IMG/VR virus record: IMGVR_UViG_3300028372_000005
Coordinates: 359-64,358 of that record
Length of the DNA stretch: 64,000 bases
Reading direction: 5' to 3' (one strand)
Source of the DNA: a virus
Lineage: Duplodnaviria; Caudoviricetes
Shown here: positions 21,131 through 30,299 of the stretch, in pieces
How positions within the stretch are numbered: the stretch's first letter is position 1
How the letters are laid out: every line of letters begins with the position of its first letter
The notes under the pieces: model-generated
What the model was told of the DNA's origin: nothing
The model's database searches: none
The model's input: only the letters and a program-made list of their open reading frames with translations
Translations under genes and position numbers: made by a program

Positions 21131-21499
21131 ATGAGCAAACGACTGACGTCTCACAATGTCAACGGCAACTCCCACCAGACGGTGATTCGGCCCGTCGAAG
21201 AATCCAAGACCGCTGGCGGCGCCCCCAGCCAGTACAAGGTGTACGGTGCCGAGGAAAAATACGCCATCCAAACCATCGACTTCCAGGACTGCTCGGTCGA
21301 GGAGTTCGGGGTGGTCGGTGTGACCAACGAGGTGCTCATCGCCATCGTGATGGACCGACTGGAGAGCTTTCAGCAGGGGGCGACCCCCTGCGACGAGAAC
21401 AAAGATGCGCTCGCCAACCTGAAGGATGCGCTGTTTTTTCTGCAGTCGCGCACCAAAGACCGCATTCGCCGCCAGGTGATTGACACTCAGGAGGCGTGA
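21131..21499 (+). CDS. Tad1-like anti-Thoeris signalling-molecule sponge
   Basis: GGAPSQY, IDFQ, GVTNEVLIAIVMDRLESFQQG...ENKDAL..L.DAL..L..RT.DRI.R.V resemble the Tad1 family pattern. Confidence 0.75.
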   Translation: MSKRLTSHNVNGNSHQTVIRPVEESKTAGGAPSQYKVYGAEEKYAIQTIDFQDCSVEEFGVVGVTNEVLIAIVMDRLESFQQGATPCDENKDALANLKDALFFLQSRTKDRIRRQVIDTQEA

Positions 21500-21577
21500 G
21501 TGATCGACACATTAGGGCTGCGCCACCATATCGTCTATTTCAATAACTGCGGCCGAGAGGCCTGACCGGAGAAAGAT

Positions 21578-21877
21578 ATGAACCTCAAGCCAACCAACGA
21601 CGTCGTCATCTTTGAGCCTATCGAGCACGACGACCAGACCAAGTCGGGCATCTACATGGGCCCCTCGGCCGGCAAAGAAGAGCCGGACTTCGGCCGAGTG
21701 GTCGCCTGCGGACCAGGCTTCCAGCGCAAAGACGGCACCCGCGAGCCCATGGCGGTCGAGGTGGGTGACACCATCGTCGTCGCCAAACACTCGGCCACCC
21801 CGGTCGAGATCGAGAGCGAAGACCTCGCGTTCATCGAAGCCACGCGGATTCTTGCGGTGGTGGAGGACGAGTGTTGA
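21578..21877 (+). CDS. groES: co-chaperonin GroES
   Basis: LKPTNDVV, TKSGIY, GRVVACGPG, PMAVEVGD, ILAVVE. Confidence 0.9.
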   Translation: MNLKPTNDVVIFEPIEHDDQTKSGIYMGPSAGKEEPDFGRVVACGPGFQRKDGTREPMAVEVGDTIVVAKHSATPVEIESEDLAFIEATRILAVVEDEC

Positions 21878-22181
21878 CTTCTCCCCCACCTACGAACCTG
21901 CCTGAAAAAAGAACGGTCTGGGTGCTGACCATCGGGGGCGGGCCTGACGGAGCAAAAATGCGCGTCGGGTTCTCATCGAAGGCTCTCCTCGAGCGCTGGA
22001 AGGAGAGAAACATCCAGCAAGGCGCGTCCTGGCAGGACACCGATGGCAGCACTCACCCCACCATCTGGGTGTGCGGCGACCCCTACGAATGGGTATTCCC
22101 CGAAGAGATCACCATGTTTGACTTGCAGGTGTGATCTAGGCGGGCTATATGTCGAACAGCCAACCAACATGTGAGGAAGAT

Positions 22182-22367
22182 ATGACATATAGCGTCAAAG
22201 AAGTTGCTCAGATGGTCGACCGCTCGGAGTACACCGTCAGGAAATGGCTCCGGGAAAAATACATCAAAGGGGCCAAGGTGGGGACGTGCTGGCGCATCAG
22301 CGCCCACGACCTCAACGCCTGGTGGCAGGAAAAGGGCGGAGACAAGCTGGTCGAGGAGGTCGCGTGA
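22182..22367 (+). CDS. excisionase-like HTH DNA-binding protein
   Basis: YSVKEVAQMV.RSEYTVRKWLR...IKGAKVG..WRIS. Confidence 0.85.
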   Translation: MTYSVKEVAQMVDRSEYTVRKWLREKYIKGAKVGTCWRISAHDLNAWWQEKGGDKLVEEVA

Positions 22368-23481
22368 AAGAAGAGCTCGAGCTTCGCAAACGAGAAATTG
22401 CCGACATTGAGTACCAGCTTGCAGATCCCGACAAAACTGATCGAAATGGTCGCCGCCTCACCCCTGAGGAGTACCGTCAGTGGCGAAAAAAGGCTCTTGG
22501 CGCCCTTCGTGCAAAAAAAGACGAGGCCTTCGAACTCAAGACCCAGCTTCGGCAGCGTGCCGCCACAGGCGCCTTCGAGCTGTTCGAGCGCCTTCGAGGC
22601 GATGGCGTCGAGTTCACCGATGAAGAGTGGGAGGTCGCTTGTGCCCTACAAGACACATGACCGAGTGTACACGACCGGCGACGACCTGCCGGACATCGAG
22701 CCATCTGAGATGCTTCGACTCAAGAATCTTGCCTCCCAGGAATTCTTTGAGCGGCAGTCCCTTCATCACTCCGGGCTCCTGGAAGAAGCTGAAAGCCTAT
22801 GGACCCGCAATCGGTATTTTCGTCGAAGATGAATCAAACCTCTATATCGTGCGTGGAAGCGACGGTCATGAGTGGCTGTCCGATCGAGATGCACCTGCAC
22901 ACCGACACCGAGGTGATGTTGGTGGGGGATTGTTCACCTCCGACTGGCAGGTTCTTGAAGGTGACGACTGCCGACGGCGACGTGTGAGTTCGTCTGCACG
23001 AGATTGATGTGGCGGTCAATTGGTGGCGCGTCACCGGCTGGATCGTCGCTCTGGAAGCCGGCGGGGTTATCTACTCCTATTTTGACAGGACCGAGCCCGT
23101 GTACTAGACATCTGTCAAACCTACTTTGACAGGAGCGAGCATGGTCTCCCACACCCCGTCCGACCTCGAAAAGATTATCGACGACCGCAGACGCCAGCTC
23201 TTCCACCTCAGGCGCCTGGACGACACGTTTTTCGAATTCGAGTGGTTTGCGCAGACCACCGACCTCGGCACCGATCTGTATGTCGGCTTTGGCGACGACG
23301 GGGCGCGTGTCCTCGTCGGCCTGGACGGTGACGAGTGGTACGCCGCCGCTACCGACGACTGCGAGGCGCGCTCCCATTCGATCACCGACGCGGTGCGTCA
23401 GGTGGCCCGATAATTTTCGACATCCCCCACCTTGTGCGATAGCATCAAGCCAGTCAGACTGATTCTGCTCAGGATAGCTCT

Positions 23482-23802
23482 ATGCACGGCTTGTTGAAAC
23501 TCGCAAATGACGACGACGCCTTCCAGGAACTCTTGCGTCGCCATGTTCTGCCAGTGGTTGAAGGATCCAACGGCAACATGGCGTCGTATTTCAAGGGCGG
23601 CGATTCGATGATGGACCAGCTTTTAAGCCAGGTCGCCACTACCGGGCGTATCCCGCCTGAATCCCACCGCGAGCTGCGCAAGCTCAAACTCAAATACAAC
23701 AACGTCCCCGACCAGCAGCTTTTGTCCAAGGCGCGCGGATCGACTGACGAGCGCACCCTCCAGATCGTGCGTGAGATCATGGAGGCGGAGGACGGGCAAT
23801 GA
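23482..23802 (+). CDS. leader-family protein 1 (MHGLLKLA)
   Basis: N-terminal MxGLxKxA leader; AGGA RBS. Confidence 0.75.
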   Translation: MHGLLKLANDDDAFQELLRRHVLPVVEGSNGNMASYFKGGDSMMDQLLSQVATTGRIPPESHRELRKLKLKYNNVPDQQLLSKARGSTDERTLQIVREIMEAEDGQ

Positions 23803-24506
23803 ACGGACTTTTGAAGACAGCGTCGGCAACCTCCATGCGCATCCCATCCGCAGGTCCACCTCCTGGGGCTGGAGGTAGCGGCGAAAAGGAAGAGAAGTCG
23901 TTTGCCGACAAGGCCAGTGACGTCTGGGACAACCACGGCGGCAAAATCACGGCCGGTGTCGGCCTGCTTGCGGCCGGCGGCCTTGCTAAACACAAAGGCT
24001 GGATTGGCGGCAAGAAAGGCCCGAAGCCTCAACCCAAGCAGCAACAACCCAAGCAGAACACAGCCAAGCAGAACACAGCCAAGCAGACGTCGACCGATCC
24101 CCGGGACAACGACTCCTTTATGGATCGCCTCAAATCGAAGGCGACTGGCAAAAAGACGCCCGGCCAGGCCGCGCACATCGAGCAAGAGTCGGCCAAGCCG
24201 GTCGCGGCCGAAAGCGTGGGGTCGAACCTCGACAAGAGCCTGACCCCCGACGTGTCGGATGCCGACCACAAGGCCATCAACCAGGCCGCGGCCGAAGAAA
24301 CCAACAGTATCTTGGCCGGCAACGAAAACAGTGGTCTCAGCCGCGCGAGCGAAAAGTCGAATGCCAAGCAGCTTCCGGACGGCCCGGATAACACCCCGCT
24401 ATGGAAAGACCCCGACGGCCAACTAAGACACCCCGACGAGAGCTCGAGAGCTCCTAATCGAGACCGGATGTCTGAGCTGTGGAATCAGGGGGATAAATCC
24501 AAGTGA
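23799..24506 (+). CDS. leader-family protein 2 (MNGLLKTA), hydrophobic Gly-rich segment plus disordered tail
   Basis: Leader; WDNHGGKITAGVGLLAAGGL; GGAGG RBS, coupled. Confidence 0.75.
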   Translation: MNGLLKTASATSMRIPSAGPPPGAGGSGEKEEKSFADKASDVWDNHGGKITAGVGLLAAGGLAKHKGWIGGKKGPKPQPKQQQPKQNTAKQNTAKQTSTDPRDNDSFMDRLKSKATGKKTPGQAAHIEQESAKPVAAESVGSNLDKSLTPDVSDADHKAINQAAAEETNSILAGNENSGLSRASEKSNAKQLPDGPDNTPLWKDPDGQLRHPDESSRAPNRDRMSELWNQGDKSK

Positions 24507-25018
24507 ACGGACTCCTCAAACTCGCCGACGTCGACAAGAGCTCGACGATGATTGCGCTGTACCCGCCCGAGGCGTGGTGCGACAAGCTGTATCCGCACGC
24601 GTCCGACGAGGCGTGGGAAGACGGCTTGCACATGACGCTGTTGTACCTTGGAAAGCTCCCCCAGGGCGACGTCGATGAATTGGTGCGCCAGGTGATGAAG
24701 GCGGCCGGCGAGCTCGAACCCATCGAAATGGTGATGAACGGGTCCGGCTGCTTCATGAACGACCAGACCGTGCGCCTGGTGATGCCCAATGGTGTGGGTC
24801 TGAGCAAATGGCGCCACAAGGTCTTCGAGGCCTGCGAATACCTGATGGATCCACCCACCCACGGATTTATTCCGCACATCACTCTGGAGTACCACGACGG
24901 TGAGCTCCCGGTGGGCTGGGAGCAGGCCGCCGACCAGACGTTCCCAGAATGGGTCTGCGATACGCTGTATGTGGTGCGCGGAAATGAGGTCGTCGGCGAG
25001 TGCCCGGTAGGGCCTTGA
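24503..25018 (+). CDS. 2H phosphoesterase (LigT/Acb1-like fold) carrying the leader (MNGLLKLA)
   Basis: Two HxT motifs: LHMTLLYLG and FIPHITLEY. Confidence 0.8.
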   Translation: MNGLLKLADVDKSSTMIALYPPEAWCDKLYPHASDEAWEDGLHMTLLYLGKLPQGDVDELVRQVMKAAGELEPIEMVMNGSGCFMNDQTVRLVMPNGVGLSKWRHKVFEACEYLMDPPTHGFIPHITLEYHDGELPVGWEQAADQTFPEWVCDTLYVVRGNEVVGECPVGP

Positions 25019-25408
25019 CCCCCCTTTTGGCGCCTGTTAAAAAAGGCGTCATGCGAAAAACCTACACACAGCGCATCAATCTCGACGATTTTGGGGAGTA
25101 CGTCGCTCGCCACCACGGCGTGCGCATGTACAAAACGTGCAGGCTCTACCGGCGCCCCCTGCGCCTGGTGTTGTACACCGACATCAAGAGCGGTGAGTTT
25201 CGTATCAGCGGGCACATCCTCATCGACGCCATCCGCGACTTCGCCGGACTCGGCGGGATGGCGATTCGAGACATCGGCGTCAACGAGGGCGAGATCGTCG
25301 TCGAGATCGCCCACAGCCTCGACGAAGAGTGGGAGCCCACCCGTCGCGACATCATCGCCATGATAGTCCTTCTTATCATCACCCTCTCCAGCTTACTTGC
25401 GGTTTTTT

Positions 25409-25930
25409 ATGCATGATTCCTGGCTCCAGACCTACACCGGCGTGCAGTTCTATCCCTTTCGGGCAACCCCCGAGATGATCAATATCGAGGACATCGCCCA
25501 CCAGCTCGCCTACCAGACGCGCTACCGCGGGGCGCTCGAGGACTACTATTCGATCGCGGAACATTGCGTGCTGGGGTCTCAAGTGATTGATCCCAATTAT
25601 GCGCTCGAGTTCCTCTTGCATGACGCCGAAGAGGCGTACCTGGGCGACATGTCGGCCCCCATCAAGCGGTTCATGCCGGACTTCGCACGGCTCGGCGACG
25701 AAATCCGAGACGTTATTTTCAACAAGTATGGCCTCACGGCCGGGGTCTCCGAGGCGGTCCACCAGCTCGACCTAGCCATCTGCATCACTGAAAAAACCGA
25801 CGGATTCGCCGACTCGCTCGACTGGGGATGGGAAAATACTGTTGACAAGCTCGAGCTGGTGCCGCAATACTGGTCACCCCAAGAGTCAGAAGACCTATTT
25901 TTATCCCGTTTTGAGGAGCTAACATCATGA
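25409..25930 (+). CDS. HD-domain phosphohydrolase (YfbR-like)
   Basis: IEDIAHQLA...RY.G...YSIAEHC, LLHDAEEAYLGD. Confidence 0.85.
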   Translation: MHDSWLQTYTGVQFYPFRATPEMINIEDIAHQLAYQTRYRGALEDYYSIAEHCVLGSQVIDPNYALEFLLHDAEEAYLGDMSAPIKRFMPDFARLGDEIRDVIFNKYGLTAGVSEAVHQLDLAICITEKTDGFADSLDWGWENTVDKLELVPQYWSPQESEDLFLSRFEELTS

Positions 25931-26148
25931 GCACCAGTTACGACGAAGCACTGCAGGCCCTTCAGGAAGCCGCCACCTCCGGCGATGTCGACGCGGCTTA
26001 TACCGGTACCAACAACGCCGCCACCGTGCGTGTGCGCAAGGCTTTCCAGACGGCCAAAGATGCACTGCACGAAGCGAAAAAAGAGGTGCAGGCGATCAAG
26101 AAGGGCGATCAGATTGGGCTCGACGTCCGCCAGTATTTCGGCGAATAG
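25927..26148 (+). CDS. small helical protein, possibly Hc1/histone-like
   Basis: NNAATVRVRKAFQ.AK..L....KEVQ pattern. Confidence 0.45.
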   Translation: MSTSYDEALQALQEAATSGDVDAAYTGTNNAATVRVRKAFQTAKDALHEAKKEVQAIKKGDQIGLDVRQYFGE

Positions 26149-26191
26149 TAATTTCGTCGAGCAGCACAGCGGGGCTCACGCCCCGCTTCAA

Positions 26192-26610
26192 GGGGCCGTA
26201 CTGGTTTCGACGTGAGTCCAGAAGCTCCTGCTACACGCCGCGGAGTCTATCCGCGTTACCAATGGACACAAGTCCTAGTTGACGAAACTAACGACGACAA
26301 TGTCATCTATGCTGACTTCAGTCAGTATGGTGGCGCCAAAACGGTCGCAGCAGCAGCATAAGTCGGCCGCGGCGGTTCAAACCCGCCCGCTCCCGCGATG
26401 TTTGCCGGTCGGTTGACCGGGAGTGAACGACAGACCGGATAAGTCTCGAGCGGAGAGCCTCTAAGCCAACCTCGAGAACGAAACAAAGAGACGAGGCACA
26501 CCGAGAGCCCCTGCCTGTGGGGAACCTCTCGGTTACACAATCACAGGACAGCGTGGACACGCAGGATGTGAAAGACATCGCACACGCGGGTTCGACTCCC
26601 GCCGGCTCCA
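26192..26610 (+). ncRNA. ssrA: tmRNA
   Basis: 5' GGGGCCGTACTGGTTTCGAC and 3' GCGGGTTCGACTCCCGCCGGCTCCA; acceptor stem with G3-U; tag ORF 26281-26361 ending AAAA*; CCA not fully encoded. Confidence 0.93.
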
Positions 26611-26848
26611 CTTTTTGTTTTGACGCACAGGGAAGATGCTAGATCAAATAGAACTCAGTGACGGAGAGAGTATAGATACGGCTCGGGCCACATCGAGATG
26701 TCGGTGACCGAGGGCTATCCGGCCGCCGAGTTTTTCGAGCCTGGTGAGACCTACAAAGTGACCTTCGAGAAGGTCAAGTAGATCAATTTAGGCGAGCAGC
26801 AGCGCCACAGTTGTAGCCCGCACCCCTCGGGTCTGCTGCAGGGGACAA

Positions 26849-26922
26849 ACACCCGTAGCTCAGTTGGTCAGAGCGTCGGCTTGTGGTGCCGAAGGTCGTG
26901 GGTTCGATACCCACCAGATACC
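26849..26922 (+). tRNA. degenerate tRNA-His(GTG) with unpaired acceptor stem
   Basis: D-arm TAGCTCAGTTGGTCAGAGC, anticodon arm TCGGC-TTGTGGT-GCCGA, T-arm GTGGG-TTCGATA-CCCAC; acceptor ACACCCG/CAGATAC pairs only 3 of 7. Confidence 0.7.
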
Positions 26923-27343
26923 CTATGAAATTCGACAAAAGCCAGCTCAATCAGACGTTTCTCGAGATGCTCAAGAATACTTCTAGCAAGAGATCCGCCG
27001 CTGTATTTGCAGACCACCTGAAGCGAAGAATTCACGAACCTTCACCCTAGAGTGCACCGAGACGAAAAAATTATGATCAATCTCAACGACATCACCCGTC
27101 TCATGAAAAAAACCGGCACGATGGGCACCAAGAAAGACCCACTGCCGATCCATCCCGACCTGTACGACGAAGCCAAGCGCGCCGGCCTGGTCGACGGCAG
27201 CGGCCGCATCCACACCCCGGCCGCGCTCATCCACATCACCCCCGACGAAGACGCGCTCGAGTACATCCCGTAAATTTTCGGATTCGGCCGACGTGGTGTT
27301 AAAGTGGTCGTGTGAACCTGTGGATTCCATCTGGGAGAATTTC

Positions 27344-27610
27344 ATGCAAGGCTTGATGAAGATTGCCAAAGAGCAAAAAACTGGCCCCGTCGGGTCGTCG
27401 GGCGTCAAGAAGACCAAACAGCGGCGCACCGACAAACGTACGCGCGAAAAGCTTCAAAAGAACATCGGTGGCCACCCCGGCCCCAATGGTCGGTACATCA
27501 GCGGGAAGTACTCGCTCAAAAATCCGCCGAAGTCCACCAAGACCAAGCAGCGCGTGGTCAACGGGCTGAAGGCCGACCATATGATCCAACCCAAGGACTC
27601 GAAGAAATAA
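27344..27610 (+). CDS. leader-family basic protein (MQGLMKIA)
   Basis: ATG at 27344 after GGGAGA; Lys/Arg-rich. Confidence 0.75.
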   Translation: MQGLMKIAKEQKTGPVGSSGVKKTKQRRTDKRTREKLQKNIGGHPGPNGRYISGKYSLKNPPKSTKTKQRVVNGLKADHMIQPKDSKK

Positions 27611-27613
27611 TCC

Positions 27614-27643
27614 TTGACACGTTGGCAAGATGTTCGATACACC
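27614..27643 (+). promoter_or_regulatory. sigma70-like promoter candidate
   Basis: TTGACA-N18-TACACC in an intergenic position. Confidence 0.4.
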
Positions 27644-28403
27644 ATGACCTCACGTTTCTCGTGGGGTCATTTTTTTATGGACAAAGACTCGCTGTACTGG
27701 TTGATCCAGACCGAGCTCGCGCTCGAGGATGTGCTCGAGATGGTCCGCAATGACTTCGCGACCGCGTGGTCGGGCAAGCAGGCAGAAGAAGATCCGCAGA
27801 TTGCGTCGAGCGCGAGATTCTTGCTGTTTTCACTGGCCCATTTTTGCTACAACACCGGCCTAGAGAAGCAGCTCGAGGGCGCTGATGTGAGCTGGCCTGC
27901 GTCGACGCTCGACCTGAGCCGAGAGGCGATGCGATGCCTTCAGATGGGGCTCAATGACGAGCTCACAGACCTCCATGAGGCCATCCACGCCGTCGCAGGC
28001 GTGGCCATACGCACCCTGGACACCCTGGCGGACCAAGATGCTTACGGAGTTCTACAAGAAGCACATAAAATCGCGTCTGGACAGGCTTCTGGGGGAGACG
28101 GTGTACCGAAGGACGCTCAACAAGGCGTTTCAGGTTCTTCTGACCCATGAAAGGGGCGTCTACCGAGCCCGAATCGAGCTCTACACCCTCGAAACAGGCC
28201 GAAAACGCCCCTCGGTCGACCATTTTGGCGTCGTGTGGTTCGAGCCGCCCTTTCCGGGCAGAAATGGGCCGATTTTGGCCCGTGATTGCGAAAAAGTGAC
28301 CCATTTGAGCCAAATTTTGGACATTTTGCGCGTCGGGATGGCCCTGGATCCGATTTCGGACCCAAAACGGCTAAAAAACGGCTCATTTTAGGGAATAATA
28401 ACC

Positions 28404-28733
28404 ATGATTCCACATAACCAACGCCGCGCTCCTGCTCAGCACCTCACAAACCTGATGCGCGAGAAGCGCACCTCGGTCGAGAGGCTGGCAAACAAAGCGA
28501 TGGTGACTCAATTTCATGTGGAGTATATGCGAAATTTTGCCACGAAGTGGCACCAGGTCGCATACCTCGGCCGCGTCCTCGATCGTCTCGAGGTGCCGGC
28601 CACCATTCAATACGACTCGCGAGTCGAGTTCAAGCTGCCCGTCGACGACGAGCTACACCGGATGCTTAAGGAGCGCGCCGGCAAGAAAAGCTTGAACAGC
28701 ACTATCATTTCTATTTTGGAGCAAGAACCATGA
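28404..28733 (+). CDS. putative DNA-binding protein (HTH-like plus ribbon-helix-helix-like)
   Basis: SVERLANKAMV.. and FKLPVDDELHRMLKERAGKKSLNSTII. Confidence 0.5.
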   Translation: MIPHNQRRAPAQHLTNLMREKRTSVERLANKAMVTQFHVEYMRNFATKWHQVAYLGRVLDRLEVPATIQYDSRVEFKLPVDDELHRMLKERAGKKSLNSTIISILEQEP

Positions 28734-29896
28734 TTTTCGATTGTCTTTCAGATGAAGCCAAGCAACGCGTCGCAGACCTCGCTGAACGTCTGCGACTCCC
28801 CAAAGAAGTCGTCGTCGCCAAAGTGGCCGAGCTCGCGCTTACCAGCGATGCCACCCTGGTGGATTCCAACCAACTGGTCGCGGTCGACAGCCGTGGCTTC
28901 TTTGCCTACAGCAAAAACAAGCGCCCCTCGCCGAAGCTCTGCAGCGGCGGCTTCACCGAGCCCGACCAGGCGCCCAAGCCGCCAAAGACCAAGACTGCTG
29001 GCAAGAAGCCCAAAAAGCAGAAGGGTTACTCCAAGCCCTCCGACGTCCCCACCAAAGCCGAGCTCGAGGCGCGAAAAGCCAAAGAGGCCGAGCAGGACGA
29101 TGTCGACGACATCCTGGAGGATGGCGGCGATTCGGAGGAGTCGGCGACTGATGAAGCCACCCCCAGCGAGGTCGAGCAATTCAACTGGGATAAAAACGTC
29201 AAGGGTCTCGGCCAGAAAAAGATCGACGAACTCCTGCCGATCCTTGCCAAGGCCGACATCACCACCCTCGAAGAGGCCTACGCCTTCGAAGGGTACGGCG
29301 CTGTCGACGGCGTCGGCGAGGGCACCATCAAGAACATCCAGGCCGCGCTCGCCGAGGCGCTGGGTGTCCAGCAAGATCGTGGTGATGTGGAGCAAGGTTC
29401 TGAAGACCCCGACGTCGACACCACCAACAAGGTCGACGACATCCTCGACGAGGCCGAAGAGGAAGCGACTCCGACGATGCTCGACGAGATGCGCGAGATC
29501 GAATGCACCCGAGACGGTGTGGTCGAGGGCGTCAAGCTGTTCATGCGCGCGGCCGACGTCACGCGAAACGACCTGGTCAAGGAAATGATCCGCGAGGTCG
29601 GCTTCGATCCCGAGGACGACACCACCTACGGCGTTGCTCTCGATTGGATGGCAGGCAACCTGCCCATCCAGGAATCCCAGATCGGCGCGATTCTGGCGGC
29701 CGGAGAGAAGCTCGGCGAAGAGCGCGAAAGCATCGAGCGCACCCGCCCCGAAGCCCTGTTCGCCAAGCCGCTGCGCGACCTGACGGTCGCCGAGGCGGAT
29801 CACTACCTCGACGAGCTCCAGGAAGAGCAGGGCGGCGACGAGGTCTCCGACCTCAACGAGGAAATTGGAGAAGACTTCTTTGCGGTCGACGAGTGA
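28730..29896 (+). CDS. acidic protein with HhH-like motif
   Basis: VKGLGQK and VDGVGEGTIKNI HhH-like segments. Confidence 0.6.
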   Translation: MIFDCLSDEAKQRVADLAERLRLPKEVVVAKVAELALTSDATLVDSNQLVAVDSRGFFAYSKNKRPSPKLCSGGFTEPDQAPKPPKTKTAGKKPKKQKGYSKPSDVPTKAELEARKAKEAEQDDVDDILEDGGDSEESATDEATPSEVEQFNWDKNVKGLGQKKIDELLPILAKADITTLEEAYAFEGYGAVDGVGEGTIKNIQAALAEALGVQQDRGDVEQGSEDPDVDTTNKVDDILDEAEEEATPTMLDEMREIECTRDGVVEGVKLFMRAADVTRNDLVKEMIREVGFDPEDDTTYGVALDWMAGNLPIQESQIGAILAAGEKLGEERESIERTRPEALFAKPLRDLTVAEADHYLDELQEEQGGDEVSDLNEEIGEDFFAVDE

Positions 29897-30179
29897 TGTA
29901 TCGCCTGCGCCTAAAGCGTGAGATTCAGCGCTGGCTGCCCAAATTTGGGCGCCAGGCGGTGCGCCATGTCCTCGGTGGGTACGACCTATCCACCGAGGGC
30001 GGGTGTCTGGAGGCAAGAGAGGCGCTTGTGCGCTATTTTGAGCCCCCACCCACCCCTATGGTGCATCGCCTGCTGAACCTCTGCGCGCACCGCGATACGC
30101 CTCACCCGTCTGTTTTTTCGTACAATACCCGCCGAAAAGCACAGATGCTCATCGACGACATCTCATCTGGCAATCTTTT

Positions 30180-30299
30180 ATGAAGAAGGTGAGCCTTTAT
30201 TTGTCCAGAGAATTCTACGAGCGCCTTTGTCGTGAGGCCGACCAACGCGACATGACCCTGGCAGAATATATCCGAGCCCTTCTCTACGAGCGATTATGA
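30180..30299 (+). CDS. small ribbon-helix-helix (CopG-like) protein, absent from the ORF track
   Basis: MKKVSLYLSREFYERLCREADQRDMTLAEYIRALLYERL*, overlaps the dnaE start. Confidence 0.65.
   Translation: MKKVSLYLSREFYERLCREADQRDMTLAEYIRALLYERL

Noticed and set aside
26660-26781. Short ORF remnant between tmRNA and tRNA (SGHIEMSVTEGYPAAEFFEPGETYKVTF)
   Set aside because: Looks like a 3' gene fragment with an upstream in-frame stop; too short to call
26796-26848. Definite HDV-like/theta ribozyme
   Set aside because: No P4 or J4/2 catalytic cytosine, and it lies 5' rather than 3' of the tRNA; kept only as a candidate structure
28748-30049. Long antisense ORFs (also 44394..45602, 49875..51152, 52869..53993, 34728..35801)
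   Set aside because: Shadows of GC-rich coding strands, with no RBS or protein motifs
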